The notes: generated from the letters alone by a model not told the origin. A stretch of 64,000 nucleotides of DNA from Nitrospira sp. (GCA_016788465.1 JAEURV010000186.1:988-64987), one strand, 5' to 3'; positions 44,854 through 54,291 are shown, counted from the first letter of the stretch. A program made the numbers and translations.

Positions 44854-47800
44854 ATGGCCGATACATCCGTCGTTCTGACTCTTCAGAGAGAGCATGCAAC
44901 CACCAAGGTGGAGGGGACACGCGTCGTATTCAGTCCTCATCAATGTTTTGCCTTTGATAATGGGCCAGAGGATGTTGCCTGTCTACATGCGCTTGGGGCG
45001 CACCTCATGACATTGCCGGGCCTTGCCTTGGTCGGTTCGAAGAGATTTATCGATTACCTCCTGCGGCACGCTCCTGATCTTAGGAGTAGGATTGTCGGCA
45101 TGATTTCATATGAAAATCTACCGGAGACTCAGTATCCGCATGGCCTAGCCAGCGTCAAGCTTGGAAGCTTGCCCGTCGAAACGCAAAGCGCGTTTCTCTG
45201 TGAAACGTTGGCGTTCCCACGAATGCAAATGATGAGGCAATTGCCTCAGTCGGTTACTACTATCGATCTCACGGTGTTGGCCGACATTGCGCCCGACGTC
45301 ATTCCTGCCCGAGGCTGGACCCCGTTACCACGCAATATTTATCCAATCGACATTCCAGAGATCCAACTCAGGCAGGAACTGGATGTGGCCATTGTCGATT
45401 GTCCATCACGCAATTTATCCCTGATGCCCAATGGGTTGGGATATTTGAACAATGCGCTGAAGAAGACGTCGGTCTCTTTTCAAATTGTTGATCTCGATAT
45501 CATTTCCTATCATCGGTTTCATGTTCATCGACTGTTCGATATGGGTGGCTGCATCTCGTTACCGGGAGATTTAGTTTTACCGGAGGATCCTTGGCAGGCA
45601 GAGCACTACGATCTTTGGACGGCAACTGGTGGAGGAGCTTCGGGCTCAACGGGGCGCAACGAAGTATTAGAGTTCTTCAGACCGGTCATCGACGAGACGA
45701 TAGCAGCGTTGGTTGCAGCGCGACCAAAAGTTCTGGGGCTCTCTATCCAAGGATGCAATGAGGCTGCGGCGCGCGAGGTTGCGCTTGGAGTGAAGGCTCA
45801 ATTGCCGGATATCATGATCGTGGTGGGTGGGTTCAGTTGCTACAATGCGGATGTCGGGCGCCGCGCATTCCCAGAATGCGACTACATGTGCATCGGTGAA
45901 TCTGATCTCACTGCTGGTCCATTATTAGAAGCATTGGCCAGAGGCGAGCGACCTTTCAATCAGCCTGGTGTACTGTCTCGCTTTGATACGCCCGAATATT
46001 CTTATATCCCCGCACCCATGATTCATAATCTTGATCAGATCGAATTCCCTAAATACGAATGGTGCGATCTGAATGTGTACAGAAACTTCAATGACTACCA
46101 GCTGACGCCCATTATTGCCAGCCGTGGTTGTCGCTGGTCCCGCTGCACGTTCTGCGCTGAACGGTTCTATTGGCGCATTCGCACGAAAGAGAATTTTGTT
46201 GATGAGCTGGAGTGGTTGGTCGGACAGGGCTGCCATCTGTTCATGTTTAACGAGAGCGATCTCGGCGGCATGCCTGAGCGTGTCATGGAAATCTGTGATG
46301 AGATTATTCGTCGTGGACTCCATCGCAAGGTAAAGCTCACCGGCCAATTGCGGGTCAATAAGAAACAAAACCGAGCCTTCTTTGAAAAGCTGCGAGAAGC
46401 CAATTTCGTTGCGCTGCGGTTCGGCATCGACGCTTTTTCTGAGCGCACGTTGCGATTGCAAATGAAGGGGTACACGGTCGATATGATTACCCAGAACCTG
46501 AAGGACTGCTGGGAGGTAGGAATCTTCACTGAGGTCAACTGGGTCATTGGTGTTCCCGGAGAAACCGATCAAGACGTCGAGGAGGGAATCGAGCTTATCC
46601 TGAAGAACCGAAAGTATATCGGACGTCTGGCAAACATCAATCCCCTCATCTTAGTAAACGGCAGCGTTTACTGGATTGATCCGGCATCTCACAACATTGT
46701 GCTCAAGGAACCCAAGGAAATCATGTATGAGAAGTATCCGCGAGCCCTTCCTGCAGATCAGTGGTACAGCACCGATCCCTATATCGATGCACAGGTTCGC
46801 AAAGAGCGCTTTGAGCGTATTGTGCTTGCGCTGCACGACGCGGGATTTCACGTTGGAGCATGGGCCAACCGTGTGATTGAGGACGTGAAACTCAATCGTG
46901 ACAAGGCACGGACCGGGACGTCTGGCACGTCGGTCAGTGCCGGTGAGTTTGAAATTGCTGGCGGAGACAAGGTCCATACTGCTCCCATAGATTCCGAAGA
47001 ACAAACGGCGCTAGAGACTTCAAGCCAGCGAGCGCCTATCACCGACCTTAAACCATCACGGACTACCAAGTTACTGCCGATGCTTCAAGAAGTGGAGATT
47101 GAATCGGAGGATGCAGCTAGACCTTCCGCAGAGCCACCGTTGTTTCAGGTTGCTGGTCAAGCGCCCCGCATGGTGCGTAGAACGGAAACGCATACGATTA
47201 TTTTCTACAATGGCTGGTACTACGGCGTTCCCGCCGCATTAGACAGTATTGACGTGACAAGTCCAGAATCAACCGCAATCGCAGGGCTTCTTCGGTACCC
47301 AACTGAAGAGGAAGTCGTTGCAGCTATAGAGGAGAGCGCCAGATGGGCGAATTCCCGCGGCCAATACGATGATCAGAAGAAACAGCGAACGTCCGGATCC
47401 TACATGCGAGCGGATAGTGTTGGTGAAATGTCTGCCCCCGTCGCGACCGTCACCAAGCCGCGTATTCTGCGGTTCGGCAAGATGTATATCGCCGTGGATC
47501 AGGATGCTCTGAAGGATCCGTTCAGCCGGAGGTCATTTGCCCGAAGAAGAGCTAATGGACAGAAACAGAACAATCGTGATGTCAGTGTCTGGCGACGAAT
47601 GATTGAATTGCTGCCTCCATCTTTTGAAGAGGAGTTGCGTCGTCTCATCCGTCAGGAACGTATTACTAGGGGGAACGGAGCGCACTTAAGCGATCTACAA
47701 CTCGCTGTTATGCTGCCGCGTGCTGTTGCCAAGGCGTATATCAAAGAGCCACTCAGACGTAGTATGCACTTTCTGTCTGGTCGAGGCACCGGTAATGAAT

Positions 47801-48333
47801 CCAGGGTGGGGGTAGACGTGGAAGGAGAAGATTTCTCCATCGTGTCTGTCGTAACGAAGAATGCTCAACCGGAATTGTTGTGGACTATCGGGAATTACAA
47901 TCTCGTGAGGTTTGACGGCCTATTCTACGGGGTTCCGCATGGAGCCTACGTGGAATGGGATTCGGGCTTAATCGCTTCGGTTCCCGGCATGTTGGTCGGT
48001 GACAGCATTGCCGAAGTGGATACTATGATGCGGAAACTTAGAGGGGAAGTGGGTGAGATATCTGTTGCTACAAGCGATGGAGGTTCCCACGCATCGGCTT
48101 TTACGAAAAAACCAATCTTGCTTCGCAGTATGCCGGAGGAAGGGTACGACGTGATCTCATATGAGGGGTGGATCTACGGCATGCCGCATGCTTTAGGACC
48201 TATTGATCTGACCGAGATTGACGTTTTGGAGATGCCGGGTGTTATTCGTGATGTTTCTCGGGATGCGGTAGAAAATGAGATTCTTGCTCTGGCTAGTAAC
48301 AATAACAGGTCGTGCAGTACCGTTGAAGCATGA
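44854..48333 (+). CDS. Giant multidomain B12-binding-type radical SAM protein (unknown N-domain, Rossmann-like domain, radical SAM core, and a long tail with 3-4 island-specific modules)
   Basis: ATG 44854 is preceded by GAGGTGA. VLGLSIQGCNEAAAREVALGVKAQLPDIMIVVGGFSC is B12-domain-like. The radical SAM cluster motif is SRGCRWSRCTFCAE (C-x4-C-x2-C, nt 46129..46155). Tail repeats lie at ~47167, 47455, 47872 and 48124. Confidence 0.8.
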   Translation: MADTSVVLTLQREHATTKVEGTRVVFSPHQCFAFDNGPEDVACLHALGAHLMTLPGLALVGSKRFIDYLLRHAPDLRSRIVGMISYENLPETQYPHGLASVKLGSLPVETQSAFLCETLAFPRMQMMRQLPQSVTTIDLTVLADIAPDVIPARGWTPLPRNIYPIDIPEIQLRQELDVAIVDCPSRNLSLMPNGLGYLNNALKKTSVSFQIVDLDIISYHRFHVHRLFDMGGCISLPGDLVLPEDPWQAEHYDLWTATGGGASGSTGRNEVLEFFRPVIDETIAALVAARPKVLGLSIQGCNEAAAREVALGVKAQLPDIMIVVGGFSCYNADVGRRAFPECDYMCIGESDLTAGPLLEALARGERPFNQPGVLSRFDTPEYSYIPAPMIHNLDQIEFPKYEWCDLNVYRNFNDYQLTPIIASRGCRWSRCTFCAERFYWRIRTKENFVDELEWLVGQGCHLFMFNESDLGGMPERVMEICDEIIRRGLHRKVKLTGQLRVNKKQNRAFFEKLREANFVALRFGIDAFSERTLRLQMKGYTVDMITQNLKDCWEVGIFTEVNWVIGVPGETDQDVEEGIELILKNRKYIGRLANINPLILVNGSVYWIDPASHNIVLKEPKEIMYEKYPRALPADQWYSTDPYIDAQVRKERFERIVLALHDAGFHVGAWANRVIEDVKLNRDKARTGTSGTSVSAGEFEIAGGDKVHTAPIDSEEQTALETSSQRAPITDLKPSRTTKLLPMLQEVEIESEDAARPSAEPPLFQVAGQAPRMVRRTETHTIIFYNGWYYGVPAALDSIDVTSPESTAIAGLLRYPTEEEVVAAIEESARWANSRGQYDDQKKQRTSGSYMRADSVGEMSAPVATVTKPRILRFGKMYIAVDQDALKDPFSRRSFARRRANGQKQNNRDVSVWRRMIELLPPSFEEELRRLIRQERITRGNGAHLSDLQLAVMLPRAVAKAYIKEPLRRSMHFLSGRGTGNESRVGVDVEGEDFSIVSVVTKNAQPELLWTIGNYNLVRFDGLFYGVPHGAYVEWDSGLIASVPGMLVGDSIAEVDTMMRKLRGEVGEISVATSDGGSHASAFTKKPILLRSMPEEGYDVISYEGWIYGMPHALGPIDLTEIDVLEMPGVIRDVSRDAVENEILALASNNNRSCSTVEA

Positions 48334-49202
48334 GGTTATTTCAGAAAAGCAGTTCCACGACTAGTATTTTACAGAACGCCCATCCCTCGTCTTGGCGGGA
48401 GCATCGGTTCGGTTTATCAGGATCCAGATGGGAACGGCTCAAGGGAAAGGATTTTTGGGTGACAGGTGCGGGTACTGGATATGGCCGATGCATTGCGCTT
48501 GCGCTTGCTGCAGCTGGTGCTCGGGTCTTTCTTTCAGGACGACGAGTCGAGAAATTACGTGAAACGGTGGATGAGGGTACGGCACTTGGTATTGATGTAC
48601 GACAGTGTATTGAAGTCCCAGTAGATATTCGATCGGAGGAGGATCTTGTCCGTGCAGTAAAAAATATCCAGCTTGTTACTCCGAGTCTCTATGGGCTGGT
48701 GAACAGCGCCGCCCTTCCTCAATCGGGAGAGGCTGCATTCCCGCTAACCGCTCAAAGTGGGGCCTGTTGGACGAATCTCCTGAACACAAACGTAACCGGT
48801 CAATGGCTGACGTGTAAGGCGGCCATGCCTTTATTAAGTCATGGTGATGGGTTTCGGATTCTCTTTCTGTCCTCATTCGCAGGCTGGGCGTCGACGCCTG
48901 GCTTTGGCCCATACAATATCAGTAAGTCGGCGGTCAATACGCTTGGCGTGTCTCTTGCGGCCGAGTGTGGCGTCAGATATCCCGAGAAGGATGTGCAGAT
49001 CAACGTGTTGGTGCCAGGCGAAGCACGTACTGAAATGAATCAGGGATCAACAGAGAGCCCGTATGCGGTGGTTAGCATGGTGCTGGTTTTGTTGTCGCAT
49101 CCACCGGGAGGTCCCAATGGGTATTTTTTTAGTCGGGATGGACGTCATCTCGCATTTGCCTACACTTCAGAATATCCTCGGTCTCTGTTGACTGTGCACT
49201 AA
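48330..49202 (+). CDS. Short-chain dehydrogenase/reductase (classical SDR)
   Basis: VTGAGTGYGRCIALALAAAGARV (TGxxxGxG) and YNISKSAV (YxxxK). ATGA overlap with the radical SAM gene. Confidence 0.8.
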   Translation: MRLFQKSSSTTSILQNAHPSSWREHRFGLSGSRWERLKGKDFWVTGAGTGYGRCIALALAAAGARVFLSGRRVEKLRETVDEGTALGIDVRQCIEVPVDIRSEEDLVRAVKNIQLVTPSLYGLVNSAALPQSGEAAFPLTAQSGACWTNLLNTNVTGQWLTCKAAMPLLSHGDGFRILFLSSFAGWASTPGFGPYNISKSAVNTLGVSLAAECGVRYPEKDVQINVLVPGEARTEMNQGSTESPYAVVSMVLVLLSHPPGGPNGYFFSRDGRHLAFAYTSEYPRSLLTVH

Positions 49203-49408
49203 TCCCTCACTGTAGCGTATCACATACAACTAGAACCATAGAGTGGTTATCACAGCATGCGTGACGGCTTGGTAATGACATGCGGTGGTGTTGTAGGTAT
49301 GTTGTCAAACTAAAAACGAGGTGTGATGGAGAAGTGTTGCCGGCCATATGGCGATGGAGTTGCGAAGGTGAGGCTTGCGAAAAGGCTTGTGAAGTAACGG
49401 GGAAGTAA

Positions 49409-51403
49409 ATGGCTCGACAATCTTTAAACGTCGCGATTCCTTGGAGCCTTAGTCACTATATTCCGTTGGACGGCTTCCATCCACTGTATCGCCCGTTATT
49501 CGATTATGTCCCGGATAACGTTAAGCTTTCTGCCTGGGATAATGCAAAGCTGTGCGAAAGGTTATCGAGTAACGCCTTCACTCGCAAGAGGGTATTGCAA
49601 GCAATAAAGAGAAAAGAGGACTGCTTTCATCAAGACGAGGGAAGTTCTGTCAAACGAAGGTATGAAGAATACTTCTGGCTGCCCAATCAGGTTCTCACGG
49701 CTGCGCTTGAGGGGGACTTAGAAATTCATCATACAGCTCCGTTCGCATCGCTTACGCGCCCATTTGTTCTGTGCTGTGAGTCGTTCGCACCGGTATTGTT
49801 CCCGTTTGCTCAGCAAGGGAGCGGAACAATAGAGAATGCTGAAGCAGTCAGGGAACTCTATAGAAGGATTCTTGCCAACCCTCTATGCTTGGGAATTTTT
49901 TCTCACGTGCCTGATACCTTGAAAATGCTCAGCTCGTTCTTGTCTGATCCGACTGTCGACCGCAAGCTGTTCCCCTTTGTAGGGGAGGGTGCCGCTGATA
50001 TGAATTCGGTGGTGGACGTCAGTCCAAAAGCGTCTCTCGCTCGACCGCGATTCTTATTTGTTAATTCAGCCAACCAGAATCCGGTGAATTTTTTCCATCG
50101 AGGAGGACATCTCGTCTTGCGTTTTTGGAAGGAGTTTGTCGCAAGTGGCCGTGATGGCCTTTTGATAATGCGATGTGCAAAACCGACGGACTCGAACTTG
50201 TGTGAATATGGTGTGGATGTATCATGGGCACAGACCGAGATTGGCCGGAGCATCATTTGGGATCAAGGCTATCTTGCCGGTCATGAAATGCGTGCGCTGA
50301 TGGAAAGTGCACATTTTTTTCTCCTGCCCAGTGTGTCATTACATTCCGCCTCGATCATGGAGGCTCTGAGGGTGGGTGCAATTCCGGTGGTGTCGGACAC
50401 GGTGGGTACATCCGCCTATATTACGGATGAGGAGCATGGGATTGTACTCCATGGTATGCAAAATGAGGTCTGGCAGAAAGATGAACGAACAGGGATTCTA
50501 GTCGATCAGTATGGTTGCAGGCCGGAGCTCGACCGGTGGCTTGTCGATCAAATGGTCAGGCGCATGTGTGTACTTCTAGAAGATCATGCTATGTATTGGC
50601 GCATGCGAAGCCGTGCAATTGTCCATGCGCAGAGGCGGTTTTCTGATCAGAGATTCGCCGAGCACTTCTGGAACTCTGTTTTTGATTTATTTGCAGAATT
50701 TAGAGGAATGTCCAGGATTGGTAAATCCGTTTCAGGGCCGCTCAGGCCGTTGTTGCGCGAGTGTACGATTCAGAGTGGCGAATGGGCGCGAGTATTTGAG
50801 AGTCCTACGCAACCAATGCTACGAATCAGAACGGGATATGGTACCGTCTGGGAATTGGGCGGTACACTCATTCATGCGTATGGGAATCCGTACATGCGTC
50901 TGAATGATTGGTCGGTATTGGCTCGGTACTGTACCGCCGATGCTCCAGCTACGACCTTTGCTCGAAACTTGAGTGAGCTGGGGGGGAAATACCTACACTC
51001 GCTTCAAGGAAATTCTAAAGGAGTAGGTAGCAAGTTTGTCCGATGGGTTTCACAGGCCCTTCGGCCGTTCCCATCATTCTATACCTATGCTGCTCGAATG
51101 CTAGCCCTTTATCGCCGACATGGAAGATTTAAATTCTTCAAGCCCAGGGTAGAGCCAGAGATTGAGCTAGTACGACAGGGCGTCAAAGGCTACAATGTTA
51201 TTCGCCATCGTGATCGGTTTTACGCAATCCTCCAAGGAGAAGGAGAGTTTTCCCCGGAAAAAGTCGAGGCTGGTGGGTATTCGTCTTATTATTGCGGGCA
51301 ATCTGTCGAAGAGATCATCCGAAGTATCATGATGGCTGATTCAGCTCCCAGGATTGTTTTCAACGACAATGATAGTGAGAGCGCTACCGTAGCAGTAAAG
51401 TAG
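49409..51403 (+). CDS. GT-B-fold glycosyltransferase-like protein with C-terminal extension carrying the island-specific module
   Basis: 664 aa. HFFLLPSVSLHSASIMEALRVGAIPVVSDTVGTSAYITDEEHGIVL resembles the GT1/GT4 nucleotide-sugar-binding region. The tail contains VKGYNVIRHRDRFYAILQGEGEF. Confidence 0.6.
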   Translation: MARQSLNVAIPWSLSHYIPLDGFHPLYRPLFDYVPDNVKLSAWDNAKLCERLSSNAFTRKRVLQAIKRKEDCFHQDEGSSVKRRYEEYFWLPNQVLTAALEGDLEIHHTAPFASLTRPFVLCCESFAPVLFPFAQQGSGTIENAEAVRELYRRILANPLCLGIFSHVPDTLKMLSSFLSDPTVDRKLFPFVGEGAADMNSVVDVSPKASLARPRFLFVNSANQNPVNFFHRGGHLVLRFWKEFVASGRDGLLIMRCAKPTDSNLCEYGVDVSWAQTEIGRSIIWDQGYLAGHEMRALMESAHFFLLPSVSLHSASIMEALRVGAIPVVSDTVGTSAYITDEEHGIVLHGMQNEVWQKDERTGILVDQYGCRPELDRWLVDQMVRRMCVLLEDHAMYWRMRSRAIVHAQRRFSDQRFAEHFWNSVFDLFAEFRGMSRIGKSVSGPLRPLLRECTIQSGEWARVFESPTQPMLRIRTGYGTVWELGGTLIHAYGNPYMRLNDWSVLARYCTADAPATTFARNLSELGGKYLHSLQGNSKGVGSKFVRWVSQALRPFPSFYTYAARMLALYRRHGRFKFFKPRVEPEIELVRQGVKGYNVIRHRDRFYAILQGEGEFSPEKVEAGGYSSYYCGQSVEEIIRSIMMADSAPRIVFNDNDSESATVAVK

Positions 51404-51644
51404 TCATACGTCTTATCGATACTTCTTCATGCTCAGGCATTCCACGGGCACAGGGAAAGACCTTCACGAGACCGAAGAGAGATCCTGTTTTTCGAAGCTT
51501 CCCTTGAGGAAATCCAGCAGAGCATCCTGTTGATACTGCCAGGTGCATCAAATTCAGTAGGCATGCCACGAGGAGATCGCACTGAATAGTCCTTCTATTC
51601 ATATCTGGATTTATAATCATCAATTCCATGGGATTGGTGATCAA

Positions 51645-52547
51645 GTGAGTTTTGCGATGTCAGCGTTTCGGCAGCACGGATATTCGGTTTCCGTTGGAAA
51701 ACAGCCTCGTCCGGATTCGTTAAATGTGGTCATCGAGGGCTTTGTGTCTGAAGGCGCTAGGGATGTGTTGGTAGAGTTTTGCCGTTCATCCCGAAAGCGG
51801 GTAGCGGTGATCATGACAGAACATATGGATTTGGAACATGGGCAGATATTTTTTCATGGCGCACCACTCGGCAGCGAAAACGATTACATGCATCCAGCTT
51901 CGATCGTGGTTCGGACTCAGTACTTATTGGAATGTCTCCCGTATGTCCGATGTTTTTTTGTATTGGGTGATCTGCCTAGGCTGAGCAATCTTTCTTCCAT
52001 GTTGCCGGACCTTGAAGTGCGTACGATCCCATTTCCAGCCCTCACTTGTGACCAATATCAAGTCCATGATTCGCCGGCTCAGACTATTCATGATGTGATA
52101 TTCACAGGCGCCGTGACGGAATATCGTGCCAAGCTGTTGGCGTTGTTGAATGAAGAGGGATTATCTGTGGGGTGTCCACGGAAATTCATATCGAGAAATC
52201 GCCGCAATGCAATCAATCGATTCGGAAAGGTAATCATAAATATTCCTCAACGTGAAGGTTGGCAGTGGTTGTCGTTGATGCGCATTATTGCAGGGCTTCA
52301 AACCGGCCGAGCCACTATCTCGCTAGGTACACACGATCATTCTCAAATATCATCCTGTTGTACTCAGTTGGACATTAGGGAACAGGATTGGGTGAGTAAG
52401 GTCAAGGAGTGTGTCGATGACTGGAAGTCGCTATACATCCGAGATCTGGTGAACTATTCAGTTATGGCCAAAAGGTTTGAGGAGGCCCGACCATTTCCCC
52501 ATGATGTCTTTGAATACTGGAGTGTAACAGATCGGGTCTGCCACTAG
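51645..52547 (+). CDS. Hypothetical protein, weakly GT-B/CgeB-like
   Basis: 300-aa ORF starting at GTG 51645 or ATG 51657. DVIFTGAVTEYRAKLLALLNEEG resembles the CgeB-type D-x-x-F-x-G...R pattern. No firm family assignment. Confidence 0.45.
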   Translation: MSFAMSAFRQHGYSVSVGKQPRPDSLNVVIEGFVSEGARDVLVEFCRSSRKRVAVIMTEHMDLEHGQIFFHGAPLGSENDYMHPASIVVRTQYLLECLPYVRCFFVLGDLPRLSNLSSMLPDLEVRTIPFPALTCDQYQVHDSPAQTIHDVIFTGAVTEYRAKLLALLNEEGLSVGCPRKFISRNRRNAINRFGKVIINIPQREGWQWLSLMRIIAGLQTGRATISLGTHDHSQISSCCTQLDIREQDWVSKVKECVDDWKSLYIRDLVNYSVMAKRFEEARPFPHDVFEYWSVTDRVCH

Positions 52548-52787
52548 AAATGTGGTTTTCCTCTTATCGGCTTAGTAAATTCATTCAGCATCCAGAGTGA
52601 AATGGCAATCGTAGCTTTCCCACCGACTTTATGCGAGCGCGTAAGCGTGGGTGGAAATGTCGGTAGGATTACCGATTTGCTAAGGCAGCGCTGGTAGTCA
52701 CATCAAGGCGTTGCCGTTATCGAAACCGGTAGCCTAACCGGACGGTATCGTAGGGCAGGTGAGAGTTCAGCGTATAGTCATCGCATC

Positions 52788-53549
52788 TTGAGGAATCTTT
52801 TCCGTAACAGCGTCATCGCTCGGTGGGGTGCGGCTTTTCTTGGACCCCACTTCTTTACAAGCGTCGGAGCATTACCACGCTATCTTTCGGATTGGGGTGT
52901 CTACCAAAGCGCTTCGACACACCCGCTCACTTTGCGCGATTCCTACCCGTGCCTTGCAGATCGTGTCCTCGCCACACCATTCGATCCACACTATTTTTTT
53001 CAGGCTGCGTGGCTCGCCCGGCGGCTGTGCCGGACGACGCCTTCTTTGCATGTTGATGTTGGTTCGAGTGTCATGATGCTCAATGTGTTAAGTGCCGGGA
53101 CCAAGACCGTCTTCGTGGATTACCGTCCGCTGAAGGTTCAACTCTCCAACCTCATCCCGCTTGCTGGAGATATCCTTCGACTGCCGTTTCATACCGGAAG
53201 CATCGCATCATTATCGTGTTTGCATGTGATCGAGCATGTGGGCCTTGGTCGATACGGTGATCCGATCAATCCGTTTGGGAGCCAACTTGCCGCCGCGGAG
53301 CTTCAGCGTGTGCTCGCGATCGGCGGGAAACTGTTTCTGTCAGTGCCGGTTGGTCGTGAGCGGGTCTGTTTCAACGCCCATCGGGTATTTGAGCCAAGCA
53401 CGGTTCGTGGGCTCTTTCAGGGACTTCAGCTTACGTCATTCTCGCTCGTCGACGATGCCGGACGGTTTCATGAGGAGATCTTGCCTGAAGCAATTGATTC
53501 TCTCGATTATGGATGCGGCTGTTTTGAGTTGGTGAAGACGCGTGAGTAG
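52788..53549 (+). CDS. DUF268-type class I SAM-dependent methyltransferase
   Basis: TTG start. LHVDVGSS.., LPFHTGSIASLSCLHVIEHVGLGRYGDPINPFG and GGKLFLSVPVG. Confidence 0.7.
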   Translation: MRNLFRNSVIARWGAAFLGPHFFTSVGALPRYLSDWGVYQSASTHPLTLRDSYPCLADRVLATPFDPHYFFQAAWLARRLCRTTPSLHVDVGSSVMMLNVLSAGTKTVFVDYRPLKVQLSNLIPLAGDILRLPFHTGSIASLSCLHVIEHVGLGRYGDPINPFGSQLAAAELQRVLAIGGKLFLSVPVGRERVCFNAHRVFEPSTVRGLFQGLQLTSFSLVDDAGRFHEEILPEAIDSLDYGCGCFELVKTRE

Positions 53550-54288
53550 CGTACTGCGCACCTGGTTCGCAAAGAGCGACGTATTTTCCTACAACGTCGT
53601 GTTGCGTGACCATTGGATTGCGCAACAGGCTTCGAAGTTGCAGGCCGGAACGAAGCTGCTCGATGTGGGGGCGGGATCTTGTCCCTACCGAACCCTATTC
53701 TCACATTGTGAGTACCGCTCACAGGACTTGCGACCGCTACAGAGTGAGCAATTGCGGTTCGGCGGCTATGGCCACATCGACTACGTGTCAGATCTGGCGG
53801 CCATTCCTGTTCCTGAGAACAGTTTTGATGCGGTACTTTGTACCGAAGTGCTGGAACATCATCCCGAACCGATTAAGGTCGTCCACGAGTTGGCGAGAAT
53901 TGTGCGGCCAGGAGGAACCTTGATCCTGACGGCACCGCTGGGATCGGGAATCCACCAAGAGCCGTACCATTTCTATGGTGGATACACACCCTGGTGGTAT
54001 GAGCGGTTTCTAACGGCTGCTGGATTTGAGGAAATCACGATCGAGCCGAACCAAGGCTCGCTTCGTTTTTTCAGTCAGGAATCGTTGCGCTTCATTCGGT
54101 CGACGAGTCCGTTCGGTTCCGCTATCCCGATCTGGACGCGGGTGTGGTGGCTCCCGATATGGATTGTTTTGTTGCCCGTCCTGGGCGTGATCATACCGGT
54201 ATCATGCACATGGTTGGATCGATTTGACCGCGAGCGACGCTTTACGGTCGGCTACCATGTCACCGCGCGGCGTGCTCGGTCAACGTAA
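53542..54288 (+). CDS. Class I SAM-dependent methyltransferase (Methyltransf_11-like) with C-terminal hydrophobic segment
   Basis: GTG start. LLDVGAGSCPY, FDAVLCTEVLEHHPEP and VRPGGTLILTAP. The C-terminal WWLPIWIVLLPVLGVIIPV is a likely TM helix. Confidence 0.75.
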   Translation: MSSVLRTWFAKSDVFSYNVVLRDHWIAQQASKLQAGTKLLDVGAGSCPYRTLFSHCEYRSQDLRPLQSEQLRFGGYGHIDYVSDLAAIPVPENSFDAVLCTEVLEHHPEPIKVVHELARIVRPGGTLILTAPLGSGIHQEPYHFYGGYTPWWYERFLTAAGFEEITIEPNQGSLRFFSQESLRFIRSTSPFGSAIPIWTRVWWLPIWIVLLPVLGVIIPVSCTWLDRFDRERRFTVGYHVTARRARST

Positions 54289-54291
54289 CTC

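Noticed and set aside
44185-49202. TIR-like gene plus neighbours considered as a Thoeris-type defence system.
   Set aside because: No ThsA-like effector (SIR2/Macro-SLOG/TM) is present. The neighbours share a module with the flanking glycosyltransferases and methyltransferase, which ties them to glycan synthesis. The TIR-like gene is kept as an open question in the findings, but not called as Thoeris.
52617-52656. Imperfect palindrome ttcccaccgactttatgcg-ag-cgcgtaagcgtgggtggaa in the 240-bp spacer before the DUF268 methyltransferase.
   Set aside because: Only 12 of 19 positions pair when the arms are aligned. This is too weak to call a hairpin or operator.
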